The notes under the pieces are model-generated. The model ran no database searches. It saw nothing but the letters and a program-made list of their open reading frames with translations, and was not told the DNA's origin. DNA of 64,000 bases from Macrostomum lignano. Its lineage: Eukaryota. How positions within the stretch are numbered: position 1 is the stretch's first letter; every line of letters begins with the position of its first letter. Position numbers and translations under genes: made by a program. The stretch covers positions 124,001 to 188,000 of the forward strand of contig NIVC01001679.1 of assembly GCA_002269645.1 (NCBI GenBank). The letters are read 5' to 3'. Below, one piece after another: positions 1 through 11,260 of this stretch.

Positions 1-540
1 TTCTTGACTAATTTATTGGCATCTTGAATAATGAATGAATGAAGTGAATCCTATTTAATTAGCGATTCATTCTGAGATAAGCCTAGATGTCATTACAGTA
101 CTTTTATACAATTCATACAAGTACTTCCATGAATATAACGATTTCCATTGTCATTTTGAGTGGTAAATCTAAATCTAAAAGCTATGCTAAAATTAAACAT
201 GATAAATGAATAAATCGTATTAGTCAAATCATTGAGTGTGCTGTGTGCTATGTGCTAAAGATTGATAAATGAAGTAAATGCATTAATATAGAAAGAAAGG
301 TCTTCACATGTATTGCCATTGGGCTTTAATCAAACTTAACACTTCCATACATGCGCAACTGCTGGCCGACCTGGCCAATCTGGCCACCATAAATTGTGGT
401 GGACCAAGGGTAAGTCGCAAAAATTCCCAGCCTAAAGAATACAGACGTAGTACTAATTAGATGACGACGCATTTTGCCCTTATAAGACAGTCAAAGTTAC
501 TCCTGCCGTTTACCCAAAATTGCGTTAGGGTTTCTTTCAC

Positions 541-987
541 GGCAGTTGTTATTTGTCCGGTGACCAGACGAATAGCAATGTGGTTATTTGTCCAGTTACT
601 GGATCCTGACCATGCTTTCCTATTCATCTGGTTAATACCGGACAAATAGACATTTTGTTATTTGTCCGGTTAAATTGATAATGCTAAAATATCTAGTTTA
701 TAAAAACCACAAGGGTAAATATTCCTAGACTTCAAAGACTTGTTACTTGTGTCTTGATTATTATATTGTTATACTAGTGTGTGTCTTATATCCCAAATTA
801 TGCCGAATTGAATATACTGCTTTGCTTACACTCAAGTAATACAAGAAAATATTAATCAGTATATGAGAAAAGGTCTTAAAAGTCTAGAATATTTATCACG
901 AAACAAATAAGATATTTGTGTTAGCAATTTAACCGGACAAATAGCAAAAAGGCTATTCGTCTGGTCACCAGACAAATAACAACTGCC
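541..987. mobile_element. MITE-like element with 36-bp terminal inverted repeats beginning GGCAGT
   Basis: 541-576 ggcagttgttatttgtccggtgaccagacgaatagc is the reverse complement of 952-987 (1 mismatch); subterminal ttatttgtccgg motif recurs inside; no clear TSD. Confidence 0.7.
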
Positions 988-2801
988 TTCAATTTCCAAG
1001 TACAAAAATTACAATTGCAGTCAAATTCTAAAAATGCTATTAACTTTTCTATTTAGCAATTTTCATTATTAAGAAGACTTATTTTTTCTAATAACACATG
1101 TTACAATATGTTGAAGTGCTATTTTAATTGATATAAAATAATAGCATATTTATTTCTTTTAAAATCTGTTGTGGTTGGTTATTTGGTTATTATTTGAAAA
1201 GGTTTCTGTTAGTTTTTAAATATTTTTGCCTATTTTAGCAAGTTGTATCAAGTAAATAGTTTTTTTCCTTTTATTTTTAGCAATAGCATGTCAATATTGT
1301 CATTGATCCAATTACCAAAATGTTCAGTTAGTAGCCACTTAAAATCATTATTTTAATAATGAAATTTAGTGTTTTTAGCTTTACTTTCAAAAAACAATTA
1401 AAATATTTTATTTCTAGATTATATTATCATATATTATTATATTATAGCTGCTTGGTCTTGCTGGGTGTCCCTAATGGTGGCAGATATTATATTATTAAAA
1501 AAATTATTACCAAAGCTACTTAGTACTAATACTAGTAGTAGTTACTAGTGGTGCAACTAAAACTTTGTTGAGGGGGGGGGGCTAATTCTAGAGGGTAAAA
1601 ACTCAAAGGAGAATTGAAAGGGTGGCTTTGTATTTTAGCTAAAATATATTTGGGCCTCCCCCTTTGTTTTTTGTCTCAACCTAAGGTGGAAGGGACAACT
1701 GCTCTTTCTGCCCTTATCCCCATTGTCCTATTAGTAGTTATTTGATCTCTAAAAGCTTTTTTAGCTAAAAATTTAAATATAATTTTACAAATTAAATCAT
1801 TTTTCTAATTTTTTTTAGTTATCTCTAATCAGTTTTAATGCTATGACTTTTTCAGTTGTATTTATTTTATTTTCAACTGTTGAACATGTCCTGGTTTATA
1901 ATTATTTTTAATTTTTTATCAAATTTGAGATAAATAATACTTAGACTACTACTAAAATAAGTAGTATGTTTGTTTCATTTTTTAAGCTTTGTAGAAAATC
2001 AACTTAATTAGATTTTATAAATACATCTATCATATTAATGATACCTAAGTTAAATTGAAGTTTAAGCTTATTGATAAAAATTGAGACTTTTAATTGCAAG
2101 ATGTTGATAAACTGAAATCAAGTTGTAATTGTTAGGCAATCAACTAGCTCATGCTCCTTTAGTTCAGACTTGCCAGTAGAGTTTGATGTTACATATGTGA
2201 TAGATGTGTAATATAGATATGTAATATAGATGTTACTCTTGTCCTCTCTTAACTATCCTATTGAATGTTGAAGGCATTCTTCAAAAGTTCTGAGTATGAC
2301 TTTTTATTGGCATCCACTCCCAGCCTCTCTACCCCAGCTCCAAATTTCAGTGCCACAGCAGAGATATAGAGGTATCCACGATTTTTTACTCGTAGGAACC
2401 TCCATATCCTAGAGTGTCTGTCAAATTAAATTATAATATAGCATCTATTCATAAATTTATTGTGGATACAGGTCTAGTGCTTAGTGCAACAAGCCTTTTA
2501 AATCGAGTGGCTTATATATCTTGATATATACAGCTATAGTCAATTTTTTCAGCTCCTTCCATGTTTCGCCTCGGAGAGAGCCAATGAGGGCCCTGACTGA
2601 CCCAGTTTTTGATGCCAACCATGCTTATTCATGGGCAGAACAGGTTACTTAACATAAGTACTTAAAGCACTTAAATCTAGTTATTAAGTCCATATGGAGC
2701 GTAGCATATTATTTGTAGTACAATTTCGCATCTTGTCCTTCGTAGGGACTTCTATTGTTACTCATTAATAATTAATTAGCTGGGATCATTTTCCGTTACA
2801 G

Positions 2802-3572
2802 CCGGGCAGCAAAGCATTGGCAACCAATCAGGTTTGTGAAGGCAGCGATGATGGAGACTTTCTCGATGAAGTGCTGATGCTGGAGCAGACTCGGTACAGA
2901 GAATCGGTCCAGCTTGGCTCTGAGCATCAGCAATTTGATTCGAATAGCGAGTTGCAGTCAATTCGAGCTCGGGGTCTGGCTGAGGGCGCAAAAATCGGCT
3001 ATCGCTTTGGATATTGCCGGGAAATTGCTCGGATCCTGCTGCAAGAACTGGAGCAGCAGGAACAGCAGCACCTGGAGCAGAAGCAGCAAGACCCGCAACA
3101 CCTGGAGCAGAAGCAGCAAGACCCGCAACACCTGGAGCAGAAGCAGCAAGACCCGCAACACCTGGAGCAGAAGCAGCAAGACCCGCAACACCTGGAGCAG
3201 AAGCAGCAAGGTCCTGAACACCTGGAGCAGAAGCAGCAAGGTCCTGAACACCTGGAGCAAAAGCAGCAAGGTCCTGAACACCTGGAGCAGAAGCAGCAAG
3301 GTCCTGAACACCTGGAGCGAAAGCAGCAAGACCCGCAACACCTGGAGCAGAAGCAGCAACACAGAATTAAGCCAAAAGCAGGCCAACTGATCAGGGAACT
3401 GGCGCATGCCGTGGACTGCTTTGACCCGCTGGCCATAGACAGCGGCAACTATCACGATGAGTTGTCAAAAATTGATTTGCTGCTAAAGAAAGTTTGTGTC
3501 GCAGTGCCTAATGCGAGACACCTGCTGACTTCGGCACCGCAGTTCAGCTCTGCTGTCTCGATGTCGTTTTGA
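2802..3572 (+). CDS. LTO1: LTO1/ORAOV1-like CIA-pathway adaptor (Yae1_N-type), main exon; start codon not resolved
   Basis: FLDEVLMLE start, GLAEGAKIGYRFG matches the LTO1 HGAKIGSEIG GX3 region; DxLxKIxxxxKKVC helix; C-terminal MSF matches human LSF. In-frame acceptor ttttccgttacag ends at 2801; the TTG start at 2817 in the track is not a true ATG. Confidence 0.75.
   Translation, partial: PGSKALATNQVCEGSDDGDFLDEVLMLEQTRYRESVQLGSEHQQFDSNSELQSIRARGLAEGAKIGYRFGYCREIARILLQELEQQEQQHLEQKQQDPQHLEQKQQDPQHLEQKQQDPQHLEQKQQDPQHLEQKQQGPEHLEQKQQGPEHLEQKQQGPEHLEQKQQGPEHLERKQQDPQHLEQKQQHRIKPKAGQLIRELAHAVDCFDPLAIDSGNYHDELSKIDLLLKKVCVAVPNARHLLTSAPQFSSAVSMSF
3069..3359 (+). repeat. Coding 30-bp VNTR, about 10 units (HLEQKQQDPQ / HLEQKQQGPE)
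   Basis: Unit cacctggagcagaagcagcaagacccgcaa, in frame within LTO1. Confidence 0.95.
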
Positions 3573-3885
3573 AGCATTCGTTCATTTGTGGTTATGTAAT
3601 TTAAATCTTTTGTGTCCAATGAAATAGATATTTTTTCTATGCTTTCTCTGATCTGGTATTGCAGAATTGTTGTACAGTAAATATACTGAATTTGGAATTT
3701 CAATCAATATGTTACCATGGTTGTCAAGATGTTAAACAGATGAATATATACTTTAGCTAAACTTTTTATACTTCAACTACATTTACTTTTTATTAAATAG
3801 GTTATGAAGTATGATGTGGGAAAGTTGCAACTTCAGGTATTGAAAAGCTTTGAACTTGCCGCCTCAGGTGTGGAGAAGTTGTAGC

Positions 3886-6250
3886 AAAACAGTAGCTTCA
3901 GGCGTGAGAGATTTCAAAGAAACGGTAGCTTCAGGTGTGAGAGATTTCAGAGAAACGGTAGCTTCAGGCGTGAGAGATTTCAAAGAAACGGTAGCTTCAG
4001 GTGTGAGAGATTTCAGAGAAACGGTAGTTTCAGGTGTGAGAGATTTCAGAGAAACGGTAGCTTCAGGTGTGAGAGATTTCAGAGAAACGGTAGTTTCAGG
4101 TGTGAGAGATTTCATAGAAACGGTAGCTTCAGGTGTGAGAGATTTCAGAGAAACGGTAGCTTCAGGTGTGAGAGATTTCATAGAAACAGTAGCTTCAGGT
4201 GTGAGAGATTTCAGAGAAACGGTAGCTTCAGGCGTAAGAGATTTCAAAGAAACGGTAGCTTCAGGTGTGAGAGATTTCATAGAAACGGTAGCTTCAGGTG
4301 TGAGAGATTTCAGAGAAACGGTAGCTTCAGGCGTGAGAGATTTCAGAGAAACGGTAGCTTCAGGTGTGAGAGATTTCATAGAAACAGTAGCTTTAGGTGT
4401 GAGAGATTTCAGAGAAACGGTAGCTTCAGGCGTGAGAGATTTCAAAGAAACGGTAGCTTCAGGTGTGAGAGATTTCAGAGAAATGGTAGCTTCAGGCGTG
4501 AGAGATTTCAGAGAAACGGTAGCTTCAGGTGTGAGAGATTTCAGAGAAACAGTAGCTTCAGGTGTGAGAGATTTCAGAGAAACAGTAGCTTCAGGCGTGA
4601 GAGATTTCAGAGAAACGGTAGCTTCAGGCGTGAGAGATTTCATAGAAACGGTAGCTTCAGGTGTGAGAGATTTCAGAGAAACGGTAGCTTCAGGTGTGAG
4701 AGATTTCAGAGAAACAGTAGCTTCAGGTTGAGAGATTTCATAGAAACAGTAGCTTCAGGTGTGAGAGATTTCAGAGAAACGGTAGCTTCAGGTGTGAGAG
4801 ATTTCATAGAAACGGTAGCTTCAGGTGTGAGAGATTTCATAGAAACGGTAGCTTCAGGTGTGAGAGATTTCAGAGAAACGGTAGCTTCAGGTGTGAGAGA
4901 TTTCAGAGAAACGGTAGCTTCAGGCCTGAGAGATTTCATAGAAACAGTAGCTTCAGGTGTGAGAGATTTCAGAGAAACGGTAGCTTCAGGTGTGAGAGAT
5001 TTCATAGAAACGGTAGCTTCAGGCCTGAGAGATTTCATAGAAACGGTAGCTTCAGGCGTGAGAGATTTCATAGAAACGGTAGCTTCAGGTGTGAGAGATT
5101 TCAGAGAAACGGTAGCTTCAGGTGTGAGAGATTTCATAGAAACGGTAGCTTCAGGTGTGAGAGATTTCAGAGAAACGGTAGCTTCAGGTGTGAGAGATTT
5201 CATAGAAACGGTAGCTTCAGGTGTGAGAGATTTCAGAGAAACGGTTGCTTCGGGTGTGAGAGATTTCATAGAAACGGTAGCTTCAGGTGTGAGAGATTTC
5301 GTAGAAACAGTAGCTTCAGGTGTGAGAGATTTCAGAGAAACGGTAGCTTCAGGTGTGAGAGATTTCATAGAAACGGTAGCTTCAGGTGTGAGAGATTTCA
5401 TAGAAACGGTAGCTTCAGGCCTGAGAGATTTCATAGAAACAGTAGCTTCAGGTGTGAGAGATTTCAGAGTAATGGTAGCTTCAGGCGTGAGAGATTTCAG
5501 AGAAACGGTAGCTTCAGGTGTGAGAGATTTCAGAGAAACGGTAGCTTCAGGTGTCAGAGATTTCATAGAAACGGTAGCTTCAGGTGTGAGAGATTCATAG
5601 AAACGGTAGCTTCATGCGTGAAACATTTCATAGAAACAGTAGCTTCAGGTGTGAGAGATTTCAGAGAAACGGTAGCTTCAGGTGTGAGAGATTTCAGAGA
5701 AACGGTAGCTTCGGGTGTGAGAGATTTCAGAGAAACGGTAGCTTCGGGTGTGAGAGATTTCATAGAAACGGTAGCTTCAGGTGTGAGAGATTTCAGAGAA
5801 ACGGTAGCTTCAGGTGTGAGAGATTTCATAGAAACGGTAGCTTCAGGTGTGAGAGATTTCATAGAAACGGTAGCTTCAGGTGTCAGAGATTTCATAGAAA
5901 CGGTAGCTTCAGGCGTGAGAGATTTCAGAGAAACGGTAGCTTCGGGTGTGAGAGATTTCATAGAAACGGTAGCTTCAGGTGTGAGAGATTTCAGAGAAAC
6001 GGTAGCTTCAGGTGTGAGAGATTTCAGAGAAACGGTAGCTTCAGGCCTGAGAGATTTTATAGAAACGGTAGCTTCAGGCGTGATAGATTTCATAGAAACG
6101 GTAGCTTCATGTGTGAGAAATATCAGAGAAACGGTAGCTTCAGGTGTGAGAGATTTCAGAGAAACGGTAGCTTCAGGTGTGAGAGATTTCATAGAAACGG
6201 TAGCTTCAGGTGTTAGAGATTTGATAGAAATGGAAATTTCAGGTGTGAGA
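3886..6250. repeat. 33-bp minisatellite, about 70 copies
   Basis: Unit gtagcttcaggtgtgagagatttcagagaaacg; indels at about 4728 and 5595 break the apparent ORFs. Confidence 0.97.
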
Positions 6251-6974
6251 TTTGATATAAATGGCAGCTTCAAGCGTGATATTTTGTAAAGCTAAGAAAT
6301 TCTGATTTGGATAAAAGTTTATAACACGCTCTTCTGCAGCACATGCCATTACTAGCAAAAATTCATAATTGCATCTAAAAGCACTCCAAAACGACGCCTC
6401 AGTTGTCCATGCATTAACTAGCTAACTTCACCATGCACTTAGTGCTAATGGAAAGTGTCACTCGAAAACTTTTATAATGATGAAGTTTTAATATGAAAAT
6501 ATTGTAAATTGTAAGTATACAATTTTATTTTATACTGGAAATTCTTCGCTGCAGTTTCTAGGGCTACGGAAATGTTTTCATATGTATAATAAATGTATTT
6601 TTTCGTCTAACATCCTACATGTACATGTACGAGTATGTGGCTTAAGACTGACCGGCATGAAATGAAAGCCCTAATTAAAGTTTCAGCACGCCTAAACACA
6701 CCTATAAAGTTTTCGTAATCCCCCTAAAATGTACGTAAGATCGTAGAACAGAATTACGAGTGTAAAACCAAAAATTTCATTACCATAAGCCTAAATGTAC
6801 ATCATTGAAGGGGGGGGGGGTCAGTAGCCCAGTGGTCAGTCTATACATGCCTAATGATAAGTCAAAGTGAGGGCTGCTGTACACTCCTGTGTGTGTGTGC
6901 CTTTGTGTATGACTGAATACGTATCTTGCGCGCTTGTGTGCCTGCTCAGGAGAGTCGGCGGAATGGGCAGCAAT

Positions 6975-7480
6975 GTGCTGACGCCCCTGGTGCTGGCTCC
7001 CCTGGTGCTGGCGCCCCTGGTGCTAGCGCCCCTGGTGCTGGCGCCCCTGGTGCTAAAGCCCCTGGTGCTAAAGCCCCTGGTGCTGGCGCCCCTGGTGCTG
7101 GCGCCCCTGGTGCTGGCGCCTCTGGTGCTGGCGCCCCGGGTGCTGGCGCCTCTGGTGCTGGCGCCCCTGGTGCTGGCGCCCCTGGTGCTGGCGCTCCTTG
7201 GTTCTGGCGCCCCTGGTGCTGGCGCCCCGGGTGCTGGCGCCCCTGGTGCTGGCACCCCTGGTGCTGGCGCCCCTGGTGCTGGCGCCCCTGGTGCTGGCGC
7301 CCCTGGTGCTGGCGCCCCTGGTGCTGGCGCCTTTGGTGCTGGCGCCCCTGGTGCTGGCGCCCCTGGTGCTGGCGCCCCTGGTGCTGGCGCCCCTGGTGCT
7401 GGCGCCCCTGGTGCTGGCGCCCCTGGTGCTGGCGCCCCTGGTGCTGGCGCCCCTGGTGCTGGCGCTCCTTGGTTCTGGCG
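6975..7480 (+). repeat. 15-bp GC-rich minisatellite, array 1 (about 34 units)
   Basis: Unit gtgctggcgcccctg. Confidence 0.95.
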
Positions 7481-7710
7481 CACACATACATGTACAATTA
7501 AAGATGTATAGCTATGAGAGTAAAAGTCAGGGGAGGGCACACATGCAGGTTCAATTCATTTTATATTGGCTGTAGCAGTTACAGCCAATGCCTGCGCACC
7601 ACCGCAGCTGCTTATATTGAACCGATTCAGAGGGCTCTTAGCAGCAACCGCTCATCGACAATTTAACAATCAGTAGGTTTGACGTAGAAAAAAATTATAG
7701 CAAAAAGACA

Positions 7711-7992
7711 ATGAGCAAATACACTGGACTTGTCATCATCCTTCTGGCGGCCGTGCTCTGCTCGATCTGTTTGGCTGAGCCGGCCAACAAACATCATCGG
7801 CTCGACCGTCTCTATAGGCGTCTAGTCCGGAATCCTGGCGCCCAGGACTACAACAGCTTTGCCATGGATCCTTTTCTAGGCGGGGACCGGCGCTATAAAA
7901 GACGCGGAGCCGGAGCTGGAGACCAGCAGCTGAACTCGATTGAGGATCGCATATTCTATGGCCATCCGGGACGCAGGTTCAGGCGCTCCTGA
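7711..7992 (+). CDS. Secreted neuropeptide/prohormone-like precursor, single exon, 93 aa
   Basis: ATG in good context (aagacaATGa); hydrophobic signal peptide MSKYTGLVIILLAAVLCSICLA; basic sites YRR, DRR, KRR; amidation signal P-G-RR; upstream tcagt initiator-like motif near 7670; downstream attaaa/aataaa at about 8072-8090. Confidence 0.7.
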   Translation: MSKYTGLVIILLAAVLCSICLAEPANKHHRLDRLYRRLVRNPGAQDYNSFAMDPFLGGDRRYKRRGAGAGDQQLNSIEDRIFYGHPGRRFRRS

Positions 7993-8367
7993 ACTGCTGG
8001 ACTGAACATCCTGAGCCGAGTTATAACAACCGCAAAACACCCTGTTTAGGAGAAGTACTGAATACGAAACAATTAAAATAAACTAATAAATACCTTTTTG
8101 TCACATTATTGGACATTGCAACAGCAAATACGAGCAACCTGCAATTATTTTGCTAATTTTCAACTTTTCTTTATTTCCATGAAAATTCCACGCGGTGGCA
8201 ACCCTATAGACGGTTCTGATAAAAAACTACACAATAATGTTATTGTTTAGTTCTTCCGTTGGATGAAATTAAATCTCGCGAAATCTTTGAAATATTATTG
8301 TAAAGTTACCTGCAATCAGTGCCGAAAATTATCTTAGAAAGTAGAAGTACAATTTATACAAGTAATT

Positions 8368-8565
8368 CCAGGGGCGCCAGCACCAGGGGCGCCAGCACCA
8401 GGGGCGCCAGCACCAGGGGAGCCAGCACCAGGGGCGCCAGCACCAGGGGCGCCAGCACCAGGGGCGCTAGCACCAGAGGCGCCAGCACCAGGGGCGCCAG
8501 CACCAGAGGCGCCAGCACCAGAGGCGCCAGCACCAGGGGCGCCAGAACCAGGGGCGTCAGCACCA
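8368..8565 (-). repeat. 15-bp minisatellite, array 2, inverted relative to array 1
   Basis: Unit caggggcgccagcac, the reverse complement of the array 1 unit. Confidence 0.95.
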
Positions 8566-9102
8566 ACTGCATGTTTGTCCTTTTACTTTACCGGTAAGCC
8601 AGTCGTCCTTTAGGCGGCACTGAATCGTCGAAAGCGATAAAAAAAGATAAATTTTCATCACAATTTAATTCCAGACAAGCTTCCAAATTGAAGCGCAGTT
8701 TAATTGCCGTCTGCCGTCTTCAATAAGCAGGTGCTAAAAATAGCTGTCATCAACCGTCTGTATGCCTATCTGTCTGCTAACATTATTAATCAATTAGCAT
8801 TGGAAAGCTTCCAGTTCATTCCGAGAAAGCTTTTATAGTCTCAGCCATATGGCCGGGATTAAGTCGCAAAGTCAGACAGACTGGCAGGCGTAGGGGGATC
8901 AGAATGGCAGCGGGATTTTTTTATTTGAGCGGTCGGGGCGCCAGCCCGTGACGACAGCGATGGAGGCCGCCGTTCGGGCAATTGAAAGACGCTATAGTAC
9001 TTGGTGTAGCATGCTTCATAGAGCTTTTAAGGGGTTTTTTGCGTCCTAAAAATTGAGTATAGGGGTCCTCTATGGGGAAGTTGTCTATGGGGTGCCATCG
9101 TG

Positions 9103-9281
9103 GGGGAGCCAGCACCAGGGGCGCCAGCACCAGGGGCGCCAGCACCAGGGGCGCCAGCACCAGGGGCGCCAGCACCAGGGGCGCCAGCACCAGGGGCGCC
9201 AGCACCAGGGGCGCCAGCACCAGGGGCGCCAGCACCAGGGGCGCCAGCACCAGGGGCGCCAGCACCAGGGGCGCCAGCACT
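9103..9281 (-). repeat. 15-bp minisatellite, array 3, same orientation as array 2
   Basis: Unit caggggcgccagcac, about 12 copies. Confidence 0.95.
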
Positions 9282-9924
9282 TCCCTCTTGCCCCTCAGGC
9301 CACCAGGCTGAAACATCCACAATATTTTTTTCGAAAAATAATTTGAACTGTTCAAAAAACGATTTCAGTAGTTTGTGTTTTTAATGAGCAATTTAATTGT
9401 TATAATTTTTTTCGTTAAACAATGCCGCCTGTGCATTCGACAATGGATGACAGAAATGCTTGTTTTTGAAAAAAAGTGAAAAAAAACAGAACTCAAAATC
9501 GAGTGCAGTTCCAATTAATTAAACAAATTGATTTCTGTCAGGCGCAAACTGATTAAAAAACAGGACAGAAAGTCAATTTTTTACAGATACAGCTTTTTTA
9601 CAGCTTTTAATCAATTTCATTTAGTCTAACATTTTCGCGCAAGGTTAACCAGTAGCTGTGTACAAAATTTAGTCAGGTTAAATTAATTTAACAAAATCTT
9701 AGAAACCAATGAGCGCAAAATGAGATCCTAGACCTGAATTGACAAAACGATGAAGCAAATCCTTAGAAATGTGGAGTAGATTATAAAAAAACAAAAAAAT
9801 TATCCAACAAATATTCTTACTGCACTTCAGTTTTTAATTAGCGAGTTTATTCATTTAGAAATTGTTTTAAACATGCAGTTTTACGATCTTGAACATTTTC
9901 GCTGGTAGGAAAATCCCGAATGCT

Positions 9925-10365
9925 TCAAGAAACTGCCAAAATCTGCTATGGAAACTGCCAAAATCTGCTATGGAAACTGCCAAAATCTGCTATGGAAACT
10001 GCCAAAATCTGCTATGGAAACTGCCAATATCTACTATGGAAACTGCCGGAATCTAGCATGGAAACTGCCAAACTGCCAAAATCTGCTCTAGAAACTGCCA
10101 AAATCTGCTCTAGAAACTGCCAAAATCTGCTCTAGAAACTGCCAAAATCTGCTATAGAAACTGCCAAAATCTGCTCTAGAAACTGCTAAAATCTGCTATA
10201 GATACTGCCAAAATCTGCTCTAGAAACTGCCAAAATCTGCTCTAGAAACTGCCTAAATCTGCTATAGATACTGCCAAAATCTGCTCTAGAAACTGCCAAA
10301 ATCTGCTCTAGAAACTGCCCGAATTCGATTATAGAAACTGCCAAAATCTACCACAGAAGCTGCCA
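9925..10365. repeat. 22-bp minisatellite immediately 3' of the Kirre-like stop codon
   Basis: Unit gaaactgccaaaatctgctatg or variants. Confidence 0.95.
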
Positions 10366-10367
10366 AA

Positions 10368-10707
10368 TTAAACCTCAGTAACCGCAAAGTCTTCATCTAT
10401 GGTGGCGGGCTGCAGCGGCCTTCGACGCCTCCTTCGATTGCCAGCTCGATGGCTGACAGCTGCGGCGATGGCGGGCAGGATCGCAGACTCGCTGCCAGCA
10501 ACAGGCGCCAGTTGCTGCAGCCCGTGAACTGGGCAGGTTGGATCTGGAGGTGACAGACTGCTGATCCCGGCTGCCACGGGAGGCGGGGTGCCGCTACTGG
10601 ACGCGGTCGAACCCGCGGAGCCGCGCAGCGTTGGTTGCACCTGGAATCTCACCACACTGGCCGGCACTGCCGCCATCGCCGCGTAGCCGGAGTCGCAACT
10701 TTTTAAA
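10368..10707 (-). CDS. Kirre/NEPH-like Ig protein, last exon (cytoplasmic tail, ends TEV, class I PDZ-binding motif)
   Basis: Acceptor ttttactaatttcaagcag|t; phase 2 matches the upstream exon; stop TAA at 10370-10368. Confidence 0.75.
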
Positions 10708-10894
10708 CTGCTTGAAATTAGTAAAACAAAGCAATTATGTTTTATTGATTTCTTATATTTCTTGTGAACCCAGATTTCGATTAGTAATGTTAATTTTTTA
10801 CATTTGATACTGTTAGACATGAGATTTGATCTCGATCATCAGAGAGATTTAATACCTATCAGATAAAGTTTCAAATCTGGGTTGTGAGAGTTGA

Positions 10895-11260
10895 CCTGCG
10901 AGGTGTGATATTTGAACTGTGAGGTGTGAGATTTGAACTGTGAGGTGTGAGATTTGACCTGTAAGGGGTGAAATTTGAAATGCGAGGTGTGCGATTTGAC
11001 GTGCAGGGTGTGAGATTTGATCTGTGAGGTGTGAGATTTGACCTTTGAGGTGTGAGATTTGAACTGTGAGGGGTGAAATTTGAATTGCGAGGTGTGAGAT
11101 TTGACTTGTAGGGTTTGAGATTTGACCTGTGAGGTGTGAGATTTGACCTTTGAGGTGTGAGATTTGATCTCCGAGGTGTGAGATTTGACCTGCGAGGTGT
11201 GAGATTTGATATGTGAGGTGTGAGATTTGATATGTGAGGTGAGGTGTGAGATTTGATGTA
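10895..11260. repeat. 21-bp intronic minisatellite
   Basis: Unit gaggtgtgagatttgacctgt. Confidence 0.9.

Noticed and set aside
1546-1740. G-run-containing hAT-MITE-like fragment
   Set aside because: No matching second TIR or TSD found.
3850-6289. Long ORFs of (ETVASGVRDFR)n on both strands
   Set aside because: Stop-free 33-bp unit open on both strands, broken by indels, no unique N- or C-terminus or splice context; treated as non-coding repeat.
6851-9384. GAGAP/elastin-, spidroin- or PWCWR-like ORFs
   Set aside because: All are translations of the same 15-mer in different frames and strands.
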